A model generated the notes under the pieces. The model searched no databases and was not told where the DNA came from. It saw nothing but the letters and a program-made list of their open reading frames with translations. The position numbers and the translations under genes are program-made. From positions 1-64,000 of the IMG/VR virus record IMGVR_UViG_3300021963_008193: 64,000 nt of DNA. The stretch is one strand, 5' to 3'. Origin of the DNA: a virus. This document shows, one piece after another, positions 1 through 10,222 of the stretch; positions within the stretch are counted from its first letter, which is position 1; the number at the start of each line of letters is the position of its first letter.

Positions 1-242
1 AAGCAATCAAAAAAGAAGAAATCAAGGGGACGAAGATTTTGAATGAAATTACTTCAAGTAACCTTGTAAAATCAGAATACGATACTGAAACAAAAAAAAT
101 GGTCGTAGAATTTAAGAACGGATTAAAATATGAATATGATGAGGTTCCTCATCAAGTTTATACTCAGTTTAGAATGTCCGAATCACAAGGAAAATTCTTC
201 AGTACTAACATCACAAAAACTTTTAAATACAAAAAACTGTAA
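1..242 (+). CDS. KTSC-domain protein (5' end truncated by window edge)
   Basis: SSNL..SEYD...MVVEFKNG..YEY..VP..Y..F...ESQGKFF...I is the KTSC pattern. The frame is open from base 3 (AIKKEEIKGTKIL...), so the real start lies upstream of the window. Confidence 0.85.
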   Translation, partial: AIKKEEIKGTKILNEITSSNLVKSEYDTETKKMVVEFKNGLKYEYDEVPHQVYTQFRMSESQGKFFSTNITKTFKYKKL

Positions 243-272
243 TAAATAGGATTACTCAAATATTTATACTTG

Positions 273-2213
273 ATGAGTAATTTAAAGAGCATTTTACAGA
301 GTTTCCAATTAAAAGATGAATTAAATCCTAAAATTTGGGATAAGTCAGGGAATGATGAATATTCAATGAGACCTAAAGTCAGGACTCATCTACTTGAGGT
401 TGCTTATGATTTTATTGACTCTTTAGGAGTTGATGTCGTAGTAAGTGATATCATAATGACAGGTTCATTAGCCAATTACAATTGGTCAAATTATTCTGAT
501 GTTGACATTCATATTATTGCTGATTACGGTCAATTCCCTAAAAATACTCAAGAATTATACGATGAACTTTTTCGTTTAAGAAAGACCGTTTATGGTCTTA
601 AACGTAAAATTACAATTTTTGGTTATGATGTAGAACTTTACGTTGAGGATGATTCGATTAAAAGAGATGTTGAAAGTGCGGGTAGATATTCCATACTAAT
701 GGATGAGTGGGTTATAAAACCACCAAAAGAATCTGTAGATATTAATGTAGGGGAAATTCAAGAGAAAGCCAAAAAATGGATGTCAATTATTGACGGAGTT
801 GAGGAAAATATCCAAGATGAGGATATTGAAACCGCTAAAAAACTAATAGAAAAATACGTTACTAAAATTAGAAAGTTTAGAGAATGTGGTTTAGAAAAAG
901 GTGGTGAATATTCAGATGAAAATCTTGTATTTAAGATACTAAGAAGAAATGGATATTTAGAAAAAATCCGTGAGATGAAAGATAAGTTAGTTGATAAAAA
1001 ACTTTCATTAAAAGAATCAACAACAAATATCGGTGGAACATTTAAAACTGATTTAGAAAACGGTCCTAAAAATCATGGAAGTAGAGCTCTTGGTAATTGG
1101 GAATCAGATAATGCTTGGGATATATTTTCACCGCCAGGAACTGTTGTTAATTCCTACACAGATGGTACGGTAAAGAAAGTTAGAGATACAGGTAAAAATT
1201 CAGGTAAAATATTTGGGACACAAGTATCAATAAAAGGGAATGGAGAATTTCCTGATATATTTTACACCCATCTAAAAAATGTAAAATTACAAAAAGGTGA
1301 TACTGTTAAAGTTGGTGACTATATTGGTGAAATATCTGAATGGGTTGGTCACGAGACTATGACTCACGTACACATTGGGTTACCAAGAGGACACCACTTA
1401 AAAGAATTATTAGTTAATTCTAGTAAAATCTTTACAGGTTCTAGAGATGAAACTCAATCACCTGAAACAGACTCAACGTTTGTTAATAATTTAGAAACAA
1501 TATCATCATCAGGGAAAGAATACAAAAACTTAAAAGGACCTGGTAAAAAAATTCCTTACGACTCTGATGTTGAGAAGATACAGACCACCTTACAATTATT
1601 AGGTTACTCATTACCTAAATGGGGGGTTGATGGACTATTCGGTCCTGAAACAGAATCCGCAGTATTAAAATTTGAGGAGGAAAATAATATCACACCTGAT
1701 GGTATCCTGAATAGTGACGATTTAACTAAAATGAATGAATTGTTATTATCTAAAGGTTTTAAAGACGCCGATTTAAGTAAAGTCCAAAAAATATCTGATT
1801 TTGATAAAATTAATGTGGGTAACGACAAAGAATTTTATGAGTCAATTCTAAATGGTATAGGAGCACCAATCACAGATGAAAATATGAAATTCCTTTACGC
1901 ATGGAGAAAAGGTGAAGGAGGTAAAGCGACCAATAACCCATTCAATACAACTTTTAAATTAAAGAAAGATTCAGGAATGAGTAACTATAATAAAGTTGGG
2001 GTTAAAAATTACTCAACCCCTAACTATGGTATTGAAGCGACTGTTAAAACATTAAGTCTACCATATTACACTTGTATCACAGATGGTTTAAAAAATGACA
2101 TTGGTGCCGATAAATTAAGTCAATGTACATCTTTAAAAACATGGGGTACGGGTGATTTAGTTGCAAAAGTTTTAAGAGGTGGAGATGTGACACCACCAGA
2201 AATTTACGCATAA
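273..2213 (+). CDS. Multidomain protein: Pol-beta-type nucleotidyltransferase + M23 peptidase + peptidoglycan-binding domain + lysozyme-like C-terminus
   Basis: TGSLANYNWSNYSDVDIHII...DVELY (GS/DxD NTase); H..., WDIF, FYTHL, HVHIG (M23); LQLLGY...GVDGLFGPETESAVLKFEEENNITPDGIL (PGBD); AWRKGEGGKATNNPFNTT (lysozyme-like, weaker). ATG at 273. Confidence 0.7.
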   Translation: MSNLKSILQSFQLKDELNPKIWDKSGNDEYSMRPKVRTHLLEVAYDFIDSLGVDVVVSDIIMTGSLANYNWSNYSDVDIHIIADYGQFPKNTQELYDELFRLRKTVYGLKRKITIFGYDVELYVEDDSIKRDVESAGRYSILMDEWVIKPPKESVDINVGEIQEKAKKWMSIIDGVEENIQDEDIETAKKLIEKYVTKIRKFRECGLEKGGEYSDENLVFKILRRNGYLEKIREMKDKLVDKKLSLKESTTNIGGTFKTDLENGPKNHGSRALGNWESDNAWDIFSPPGTVVNSYTDGTVKKVRDTGKNSGKIFGTQVSIKGNGEFPDIFYTHLKNVKLQKGDTVKVGDYIGEISEWVGHETMTHVHIGLPRGHHLKELLVNSSKIFTGSRDETQSPETDSTFVNNLETISSSGKEYKNLKGPGKKIPYDSDVEKIQTTLQLLGYSLPKWGVDGLFGPETESAVLKFEEENNITPDGILNSDDLTKMNELLLSKGFKDADLSKVQKISDFDKINVGNDKEFYESILNGIGAPITDENMKFLYAWRKGEGGKATNNPFNTTFKLKKDSGMSNYNKVGVKNYSTPNYGIEATVKTLSLPYYTCITDGLKNDIGADKLSQCTSLKTWGTGDLVAKVLRGGDVTPPEIYA

Positions 2214-2296
2214 TGGTATTTTTAGAACAAAGAACTTACGAATTGTATTATTCGGTATATTTATAATAAAATAATTTAAAACAAAAAAACATTGAA

Positions 2297-3610
2297 ATGG
2301 GAAATTTAAAACCAATTGGAAGTGAAAAACTACAAGGTATGGATAAGTTGACTCGTATTATGGAAATTGCGAGATACAAAGAAAACATCCCTCAACGAGT
2401 TAATGAAGATACATCATTAGAATTTAAAAAAACATTATCTGATGGTCATACATACCAAATCGTAAAAGAAAAAAACGGTTATGTTATTAAAAAAGGTATT
2501 AATGAATCAACAAGTGATTACGTTGAACCTATGAAAAATAGAAAATTTTATCCATCTTATTCTCAAGCGTTAAAACGATTAAATCTAATCGTTAAAGAAG
2601 TTAACGTTAATGAAGGTTATGAGAAAGGTTTATCTTTATTTACTGAAAGTGAAGACGATAGTGACAGATATATTTTAAAAATGCCGACTGACGAACAAGC
2701 GGCACCTGCTCCTGCTCCTGCACCCGCACCTGCTCCCGCACCCGCTCCTTCACCTGAAGAAGCTCCTGTTGACGATATGGGTATGGAAGATATGGGTATG
2801 GAAGATATGGGTGGTGAAGAGGAACCTCAAGACGATGAACCTGTTACACTTAAAACAATTCAAAAACTTACAGGTAAATTGGCTCAAAAATTAAGAGCAT
2901 TTGGTGCTGATGAAGAAAATGAAATGACTTCAAACGACATTAAATATGTTATTAATTCTGTATTATCCGCACTTGACTTAAACTCATTAGAAGAAGAAGA
3001 CAAAGAAGAAATTATGTCTAAATTTGAAGGTGAAGAAGAAGGTATGGAAGATATGGGTGATATGGGAGGTGAAGAAGAAATGTCTGCAGAACCACCAGCA
3101 TCTCCTGAAGGTGAAATGGCTGAGGATTTTGACGGTCATGATGATTTATCTGATGACGAAAGTGAAGATTTAGTTAGAGGTATTTTTGATATGGAAGAAT
3201 CTGAAGATATGGATGATGAATATCCGAGACACAGAATGAAAGGTAGAAGAATTAAAGACCATAGATTAAAAGATGACGAAGCGTCAAGAATGGAAGAGAT
3301 GATTGAAGGTTTATTTTCAGAATCTAAAGTCGATAATATTCTAAAAAAATATTTTAGAATTGAGGAGAAAGAGAGAGTGTTAATGGAAGAGAAAAGAAAA
3401 AAACAAATCTCCGATTTAGACAAGAATAAAAAAACGGCTCAAAGAATTAAAAGTTTATCTGAAAGTGTTGCACAGGAAATCTCATCAACTAAATTAGTTG
3501 CTAAATATCCAAAAGCAAAACTTATTGGTAAATCAAAAGAAACAAGTAATTTAGTATTTGAAGTTAATAATAGAAAACTTAAAATTACTCCAAAAGGAAG
3601 TATTTTATGA
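2297..3610 (+). CDS. Acidic, low-complexity head-associated hypothetical protein (possible prohead core/internal protein)
   Basis: 437-aa ORF with APAPAP and MEDMG repeats and several [ILF]-x-E-S sites; late motif at 2258-2265; lies in the head module. Confidence 0.55.
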   Translation: MGNLKPIGSEKLQGMDKLTRIMEIARYKENIPQRVNEDTSLEFKKTLSDGHTYQIVKEKNGYVIKKGINESTSDYVEPMKNRKFYPSYSQALKRLNLIVKEVNVNEGYEKGLSLFTESEDDSDRYILKMPTDEQAAPAPAPAPAPAPAPAPSPEEAPVDDMGMEDMGMEDMGGEEEPQDDEPVTLKTIQKLTGKLAQKLRAFGADEENEMTSNDIKYVINSVLSALDLNSLEEEDKEEIMSKFEGEEEGMEDMGDMGGEEEMSAEPPASPEGEMAEDFDGHDDLSDDESEDLVRGIFDMEESEDMDDEYPRHRMKGRRIKDHRLKDDEASRMEEMIEGLFSESKVDNILKKYFRIEEKERVLMEEKRKKQISDLDKNKKTAQRIKSLSESVAQEISSTKLVAKYPKAKLIGKSKETSNLVFEVNNRKLKITPKGSIL

Positions 3611-4017
3611 GTTATTTGATTTATGTAAATGAATTAGGACCGAACTATAAAGGGGATAATATATATGAATTTATTTTCTCCGATAGTTTGGAAGATATAT
3701 GGGGAGATTCTTGGGAATCAAAACCATCTAATGGTTACCCATCACCACCTGATTTAGAACATATCAATAAAGTAGGGGTTTTGAAAAACGATGAAATAAC
3801 ATTATCCGTAATTCAGAATTCCGATTATTTTTCAATGGTTGATGCAATTGATGGAGTTATTGCATTATCTTGGGAAAATGAAACAGAAAAAGTGGACTTT
3901 GAGGTTATAAAACGATTAGTATTTCGTTTTGGAGAAACCGAAGAGTCTGTAAAAAATAAATTATATGAACGAGATATTGTTCTAGAATTTGAAAAGAAAG
4001 TTGTATATGAAAACTAA
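3607..4017 (+). CDS. Hypothetical protein
   Basis: 136-aa ORF with an ATGA overlap with the upstream stop (translational coupling). Confidence 0.7.
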   Translation: MSYLIYVNELGPNYKGDNIYEFIFSDSLEDIWGDSWESKPSNGYPSPPDLEHINKVGVLKNDEITLSVIQNSDYFSMVDAIDGVIALSWENETEKVDFEVIKRLVFRFGETEESVKNKLYERDIVLEFEKKVVYEN

Positions 4018-4966
4018 TAATAAAATTTTACAATTAATCAAACACGGATTTAGTGGAGCTCTTCTTTCAGACTTAAATGAAGGACAAATAAACGCGTTGT
4101 ATAATAGACTATCAGAACAAGTTACACCACTACCCGCAAAACCATCTTATAAAGTTGGTGATAAAGGAGGAACGTTACCCCCAAATGATAAAGGTTACGC
4201 AATTAAGAAAAATCCTAGTGATAATTCGGTAACTGCAACACCAATGGAAGAAGATAATACTTTAGATGTTGTGAATGACCCTGATGCAAGTGCTGATGGA
4301 ATGGGTATGTTTGAAGAAAAAGAACTAAGTGAAAAGTTTGAATCGAAAAAACAACAAAAATATTTCTTCGCTAAATGTGGAGACGGTAAAACTAAAGAAC
4401 AAAAAAAATGGTGTAAAATGGCGGATGAATTCGCAAAAAAGACTAACTTTGGAAAATTACCAAACAAGAAAGAAACAAAAGAAGAATTTAATATGGGTGA
4501 CTATTATAAAAAAGTTGCAAGTGCCGCGGCGGGAGCAACAAAAGAAAATTTAAGTAAAGTTTCACCAAGTCTTAATATGGGTGAAAGTGAAATGGAAAGA
4601 AAAATTATGAGGTTGATTGAGAGACACATTTCACCTAAAATGTCTAAAAAAGATTTTTTAAATTTAGTATCTGAACAAGGAACTAAAGAGAAAGAAAGAA
4701 CTAAAGAGAAAGAAAGAGAAACTACTAAAAAACCTGGTACTCCTTATAGTCCTAAACCAGGACCTAAAAAGGCTCCTAAGGCACATAAAGATGAGATGGG
4801 GGAACAAGCGTCACCGACCATTGCACCACCAAAAATAAAACCTGGGACAAAACAACCATCAACACCTTATAGTCCTAAACCAGGACCTAAAAAGGCACCA
4901 AAAGCGGGTAAGGAAAATTTACCGACATGGATGTCATTCAACTCGATTGGGATAAAACTAAAGTAA
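4007..4966 (+). CDS. Hypothetical Lys/Pro-rich protein with an internal duplication, possible internal head protein
   Basis: ATG at 4007 (MKTNNKIL) preferred over TTG 3989. TPYSPKPGPKKAPKA occurs twice; several x-S-E-Q/E-S sites. Confidence 0.65.
   Translation: MKTNNKILQLIKHGFSGALLSDLNEGQINALYNRLSEQVTPLPAKPSYKVGDKGGTLPPNDKGYAIKKNPSDNSVTATPMEEDNTLDVVNDPDASADGMGMFEEKELSEKFESKKQQKYFFAKCGDGKTKEQKKWCKMADEFAKKTNFGKLPNKKETKEEFNMGDYYKKVASAAAGATKENLSKVSPSLNMGESEMERKIMRLIERHISPKMSKKDFLNLVSEQGTKEKERTKEKERETTKKPGTPYSPKPGPKKAPKAHKDEMGEQASPTIAPPKIKPGTKQPSTPYSPKPGPKKAPKAGKENLPTWMSFNSIGIKLK
4742..4896 (+). repeat. 32-nt exact direct repeat (CCTTATAGTCCTAAACCAGGACCTAAAAAGGC) at 4742 and 4865
   Basis: Read directly from the sequence; encodes PYSPKPGPKKA twice. 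Confidence 0.85.
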
Positions 4967-4967
4967 G

Positions 4968-6305
4968 ATGAGCGCAAATTTGAAAATGGAAAAAATATTT
5001 AAAATCAAAAAAAACTTGGAGAGGAAACTAATGTCTGAAGGATTATCATCAAAAGAACGTTCATTATTAAATGAAATTAAATCATCTTTAAAAGAAGCAC
5101 CGATTGATTACGAAGGTCCTGAAAGAATGGAACCTGGGATTGAAAGAAAAATTACGTCAAAACAAACTCCTTATCATGAACATCCTGCGATGCCAGGTGG
5201 TGATAGAGATTTTATCGAATTAGTTGCGTCTAAACGTTTTAAAGACTCTGTTGATAAGGTTAGACGTTATTTGGGAGACACTACCGCAATCCAAGGAAGA
5301 AACCCTCTTATGAACCTTATGGGAATGGCCATGGGTGGTATACAACAAATTGCAATGATAGAATCTCGTAACAAAGAATATCTTGAGAATTTGGCGGTTA
5401 ATTTAGTTAAGAAAGAAATGGGTATCCCTCAAGGAGCTTTACAGTTTGATGCTAAATTAGTACATGGAGGTATGTCATCTGCAGAAGGTATGAGAACACA
5501 ACCTCAGGAACCTGAGAAAGAGGATATTGAAGACGCATTTAAAGAATCGGAAGAACACTCAGAAGATTTATTAAACTTTGTTGATGCGTTTGAACAATTT
5601 AACTTAGAAAAAGCAAAAAGACGATTCATCAATTCATTAATCCAAGGGGCGGCGTTTAAAGGTGGTCACATGTATGTATTAGTTGCAGATGAAATTAATA
5701 GATTGGACCCAAGATTGTTAAACCTTTATGGTGTTACACAATCATTAATGGAACACTTGTATTGGGTATTTCCTGACATGGAAAATATGGCGGCGTCAGG
5801 TGGTGGACAAATGGGCCAAAGTGAAGTTGATGAAGAAACTGACCCACCAACGGTTAAAGCGAGAGCGGGAACATTCCCATTACTTATTCACGAATTAGTG
5901 AAAGGTGTTTACGAAGTTTTTGGAACTCATGGTTTACCTGATGACCCAAGACAACAAGAAATGGTTATGGGTGCTGAAGATACATTACCTGCTGAGATTT
6001 GGGATTCAAGATTAGGACCTGTATTTTGGGAGAAGTTTGTTTCAACATATCCGATGGAATTGTTTGAGGACGATAAGAAACATATCCAACACTACCTATT
6101 CATGAGATTTTCTAAATTAGATGCTCAAGAGTTCTTTAAAATCGCTAAATTAATTTTACAAGGAGACCCAAGAGGAAATCAATTTATTCAGAGAATGGTT
6201 GATGAAATTGTGTCAGAATTGAAACAACAAGATTACGAAGATAGTATGTCAGGAGATGACGATGATGATTTGGATGATATTGATTTATCTTCTTTAGGAT
6301 TCTAA
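4968..6305 (+). CDS. Hypothetical phage protein upstream of terminase
   Basis: 445-aa ORF with an acidic C-terminus and typical codon usage; followed by a terminator. Confidence 0.75.
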   Translation: MSANLKMEKIFKIKKNLERKLMSEGLSSKERSLLNEIKSSLKEAPIDYEGPERMEPGIERKITSKQTPYHEHPAMPGGDRDFIELVASKRFKDSVDKVRRYLGDTTAIQGRNPLMNLMGMAMGGIQQIAMIESRNKEYLENLAVNLVKKEMGIPQGALQFDAKLVHGGMSSAEGMRTQPQEPEKEDIEDAFKESEEHSEDLLNFVDAFEQFNLEKAKRRFINSLIQGAAFKGGHMYVLVADEINRLDPRLLNLYGVTQSLMEHLYWVFPDMENMAASGGGQMGQSEVDEETDPPTVKARAGTFPLLIHELVKGVYEVFGTHGLPDDPRQQEMVMGAEDTLPAEIWDSRLGPVFWEKFVSTYPMELFEDDKKHIQHYLFMRFSKLDAQEFFKIAKLILQGDPRGNQFIQRMVDEIVSELKQQDYEDSMSGDDDDDLDDIDLSSLGF

Positions 6306-6325
6306 AAAATAACTTAAATTTATGT

Positions 6326-6359
6326 AAAACCCTCATTTATTAATTTAAATGGGGGTTTT
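6326..6359 (+). terminator. Intrinsic terminator-like hairpin
   Basis: AAAACCCTCATTTA...AAATGGGGGTTTT inverted repeat after the 4968-6305 stop. Confidence 0.65.
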
Positions 6360-6382
6360 GATATTTATATAGAAATAGTTTT

Positions 6383-8149
6383 ATGAATTTAACTAAAGAA
6401 CAGTTATTGATGGAGTATGTAAAATGTATGAGGGATACTCCTTATGCGTTAAGAACATATTTACAAACTTACGATAACACTGTTTCTAAATACGTACCGT
6501 TAGAATTATTCCCTGACCAAGTTTCGTTGTTAAACGACTACGAAAATTTTAATGAGAATATCGCATTAAAGTATCGTCAGGCGGGTGTATCAACAGTAAC
6601 CGCCGCGTGGACATCTAAGAAATTAGTATTTGCGAAAAAAGAAAAACCTGAGAAAATCCTAATCATCGCCAACAAACTTGATACGTCATTGGAGATGGCG
6701 AATAAAATAAAGATGTTTGTCGGACAATGGCCTTCATGGACAAACGCGGGATTCTCACCTGAAAAAAACTCACAAAAACATTATAAGTTAACAAATGGTT
6801 GTGAAGTTAAGGCGGTTGCAACATCAAAGGATGCCTTACGTGGTTTTACCCCGACAATTCTAATCTTTGATGAGGCGGCCTTTATTGAGGCGGACAGTGA
6901 TTTCTGGTCAGCATGTATGGCGTCCTTATCCACAGGGGGTAAAGTAATTGTGGTTTCAACACCGAATGGTTATGACCCAATCTATTATGAAATCTACGAC
7001 CAAGCGTTGAGAAATATGAATGATTTTAAAATCACTGAAATGTTTTGGTTCAGAGACCCTCGTTATACTAAAGATTTATACTTAGTCAAAACTGATAATA
7101 TAATCCATTACCTCTTAAATAAAGAAGAATATACACAAGACCAAATTTTAAGTTGGGAACCGATTCCGTTTGAAGATAGGAATTATGAAGACCTTAAAAA
7201 GATTATGGATGATGGTTACAAACCATGTTCTATTTGGTTTGAGGGGATGGTTAAGAAACTTAAATACGATAAACGTAAAGTTTCTCAGGAGTTAGAGTGT
7301 AACTTCTTGGGTTCGGGGGATAACGTATTTGATTCTCTATTAATGGAGAAGGTTAGAGAAAATATGGTTAAAGAACCATCAAACAAAATGATGGGTAATG
7401 CTTTATGGATATGGAAAGAACCTGTGGTCGGTCACAAATATGTTATGGGTATTGACGTATCTCGTGGGGATAGTGAGGATTTTAGTTCGTTTCAAATTAT
7501 TGATTTTGATAGTAGAGAACAAGTTGCAGAATATGTTGGTAAATTACCACCTGATACCATGGCGGAAATTTCTTATAAATGGGCTAACATGTATTCGTGT
7601 TTTGTCGTAATTGATATCACGGGTGGGATGGGAGTATCTACCGCAAGAAAACTACAAGAGATGGGTTATAAAAATTTATACATTGATGGGGTTGATTCCG
7701 CAAACAAATGGAAGTACGACCCAAAGGCGTTAGAAAAAATTCCTGGTATCAATTTTAACAACAAACGAGTACAGATTATCGCATCCTTTGAGGAGGTCAT
7801 GAGACATGAGTTCAGAATCTACAGTTCAAGACTGTATAATGAAATGAATACGTTTGTTTATATCAATGGTAGACCTGACCACCAAAAAGGTCATCATGAT
7901 GACTTAATCATGTCAATCGCAATGGCGACTTATGTTGCCGAATCATCATTTAGTAATTTAACAAAGGTAACAGAACACACAAAGGCGATGATTAATTCAT
8001 GGGCGGTTACGAACAATGAATCAGTTGGTAAAGAGATTGAATTTAATCCTGTCATCCCATACGGTGGTGAAAGAATTAATCAATTCTCAAATAGTAATGT
8101 TGGTAGGGAAGAATACGCCAAGTATGGTTGGTTATTTGGTAATAGATAA
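6383..8149 (+). CDS. terL: Terminase large subunit (T4 gp17-like)
   Basis: Walker A variant KYRQAGVST, Walker B LIFDEAAFI, VSTPNG coupling motif, RNase H-like nuclease GIDVSRGDSED ... HDDLIMS. Confidence 0.95.
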   Translation: MNLTKEQLLMEYVKCMRDTPYALRTYLQTYDNTVSKYVPLELFPDQVSLLNDYENFNENIALKYRQAGVSTVTAAWTSKKLVFAKKEKPEKILIIANKLDTSLEMANKIKMFVGQWPSWTNAGFSPEKNSQKHYKLTNGCEVKAVATSKDALRGFTPTILIFDEAAFIEADSDFWSACMASLSTGGKVIVVSTPNGYDPIYYEIYDQALRNMNDFKITEMFWFRDPRYTKDLYLVKTDNIIHYLLNKEEYTQDQILSWEPIPFEDRNYEDLKKIMDDGYKPCSIWFEGMVKKLKYDKRKVSQELECNFLGSGDNVFDSLLMEKVRENMVKEPSNKMMGNALWIWKEPVVGHKYVMGIDVSRGDSEDFSSFQIIDFDSREQVAEYVGKLPPDTMAEISYKWANMYSCFVVIDITGGMGVSTARKLQEMGYKNLYIDGVDSANKWKYDPKALEKIPGINFNNKRVQIIASFEEVMRHEFRIYSSRLYNEMNTFVYINGRPDHQKGHHDDLIMSIAMATYVAESSFSNLTKVTEHTKAMINSWAVTNNESVGKEIEFNPVIPYGGERINQFSNSNVGREEYAKYGWLFGNR

Positions 8150-8170
8150 TATTTATAAGAAAATAAGATA

Positions 8171-8341
8171 ATGGGATTAGTCAGTAGAAAAAGGTCGGGT
8201 AGAAAATTTAACGGAAGTAAGTTAAACGTTCCAGGGCAAGGTATTAGTTCTGTAAAACCTGGTGGGGATAATAAAATTAACCAACAAGGTAGTTCTGATA
8301 ATAATACAAATAATAATACCAACAACAAGGGGAATTCATAA
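8171..8341 (+). CDS. Small basic protein (56 aa), not in the ORF track
   Basis: MGLVSRKRSGRKFNGSKLNVPGQGISSVKPGGDNKINQQGSSDNNTNNNTNNKGNS*. Own TATTTATA motif at 8150-8157; fills the terL-portal gap on the coding strand. Confidence 0.7.
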   Translation: MGLVSRKRSGRKFNGSKLNVPGQGISSVKPGGDNKINQQGSSDNNTNNNTNNKGNS

Positions 8342-8378
8342 CTATTTAGTTATTCCCGATAAGAATTAAATTAGTAAT

Positions 8379-10199
8379 ATGGAAAATAATAATAATAGTA
8401 ATTTAACGGTATGGCAGAGGTTATCCCACGCGTTTGGACCTAACGCTCTGTTAAATCAGGATTACCCAACATATAAGTTTGATAGAAAAGAACTTTTAAA
8501 AACTCCATCAAAACAGGAGTATGATAAAGAGTTGTTACAAGCACAACAAACTTTTTACTTAGCCAATCAATGGACTAAGATTGAAAGTAACTTATACACT
8601 CAAGCGGTTTATTATGAACCAACAAGATTAGCATCATTCTATGATTATGAATCTATGGAATACACCCCTGAAATTTCTGCGGCGTTAGACATTTATGGTG
8701 AAGAATCAACTACTTCAGATGAGAATGGATATATGTTACAAATCTATTCTGAGTCAAAAAGAATTAAATCAATATTAACTGACTTATTTAACAATGTCTT
8801 AGATATTAACACCAATTTACCTATGTGGACAAGGAATACTTGTAAATATGGGGATAATTTTGTTTACTTAAAATTAGACGCTGAGAAAGGTATTATTGGT
8901 TGTATGCAATTACCAAACATCGAAATTGAACGTTTAGAAAGGGGAATGCCTGCCCAAGCGGCGAAACAAAATATCGAAGAACCTCAAGAAAATAAAGGTT
9001 TGAGATTTAAGTGGAAAGTGAAAGACATGGAATTTAATTCATGGGAAATTGCTCACTTTAGATTATTAGGTGACGACAGAAAACTTCCATACGGAACTTC
9101 TATGTTGGAAAAAGCAAGACGTATTTGGAAACAATTATTGTTATCTGAAGATGCGATGTTAATTTATAGAACATCAAGAGCACCTGAAAGAAGGGTCTTT
9201 AAAGTCTTTGTTGGTAACATGGATGATAAAGACGTTGAACCGTATGTACAACGTGTTGCAAATAAATTCAAGAGAGACCAAGTTGTAGATTCTAAAACGG
9301 GTAACGTTGATATGAGATTTAACCAAATGGCGGTTGACCAAGATTACTTTATCCCTGTTCGTGACCCTGCACAAGCAAATCCTATTGACACTTTACCTGG
9401 GGCACAAAATTTATCGGAAATTGCCGACATTGAGTACATCCAAAAGAAATTATTAACCGCATTACGTATACCAAAAGCATTTTTAGGTTTTGAGGAAGTC
9501 GTGGGAGACGGTAAAAATTTATCTTTAATGGATATCCGTTTTGCGAGAACCATTAATAGAATACAGAAATGTATGATTGCTGAGATGAACAAAATTGCAA
9601 TTATTCATTTATTCTTATTAGGGTTTGAAGATGAGCTATCAAACTTTACATTAGGTTTAACTAACCCGTCTTCACAAGCCGACTTACTTAAAGTTGATTT
9701 ATGGAAAGAAAAAATGTTACTATACAAAGATGCGGTTACCGCGATTGAGGGTATTGCTCCTGTATCTGTATCATGGGCTAAGAAACATATTTTAGGATTC
9801 TCAGATGAAGAAATTAAACTTGATTTACAACAACAACGTATTGAGAAGGCAGCGGGTGCTGAATTAACAAATACCGCAACGATAATAACTCACACAGGAT
9901 TGTTTGATACTGTTGATAAATTGTACGGTAGTAAATCAGGAGGAACTGCTAACGCGGGTGCCGCTCCACCACCACCTCCTGGGGGTGATGAAGGAGGAGC
10001 TCCACCACCGCCACCACCGCCAGGTCCTGAACCAGGTGGAGGTGCGGGAATAACACCTGAATCTTTTGAGAGAGATAACTTAAAGATATTGTTAGAATCT
10101 GACTCATTAACCGATGAAGATTCCTTTATTGATTTATCAAAAGGAAAAAATTCTTTGGGTGAAATGGAAGAGAAATTGAATAAACTTCTAAGAGATTGA
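8379..10199 (+). CDS. Portal protein (T4 gp20-like)
   Basis: PYGTSMLEKARRIWKQL.L.EDAMLIYR..RAPERRVF.VFVGNM, DYFIPVR, IDTLPGAQNL, LRIPKAFL; position after terminase. Confidence 0.95.
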   Translation: MENNNNSNLTVWQRLSHAFGPNALLNQDYPTYKFDRKELLKTPSKQEYDKELLQAQQTFYLANQWTKIESNLYTQAVYYEPTRLASFYDYESMEYTPEISAALDIYGEESTTSDENGYMLQIYSESKRIKSILTDLFNNVLDINTNLPMWTRNTCKYGDNFVYLKLDAEKGIIGCMQLPNIEIERLERGMPAQAAKQNIEEPQENKGLRFKWKVKDMEFNSWEIAHFRLLGDDRKLPYGTSMLEKARRIWKQLLLSEDAMLIYRTSRAPERRVFKVFVGNMDDKDVEPYVQRVANKFKRDQVVDSKTGNVDMRFNQMAVDQDYFIPVRDPAQANPIDTLPGAQNLSEIADIEYIQKKLLTALRIPKAFLGFEEVVGDGKNLSLMDIRFARTINRIQKCMIAEMNKIAIIHLFLLGFEDELSNFTLGLTNPSSQADLLKVDLWKEKMLLYKDAVTAIEGIAPVSVSWAKKHILGFSDEEIKLDLQQQRIEKAAGAELTNTATIITHTGLFDTVDKLYGSKSGGTANAGAAPPPPPGGDEGGAPPPPPPPGPEPGGGAGITPESFERDNLKILLESDSLTDEDSFIDLSKGKNSLGEMEEKLNKLLRD

Positions 10200-10222
10200 T
10201 ATTTATTATAAAAAACAAAGAA

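Noticed and set aside
8080-8328. Minus-strand 82-aa ORF
   Set aside because: It is the antisense shadow of the terL end and of the better-supported plus-strand ORF 8171-8341.
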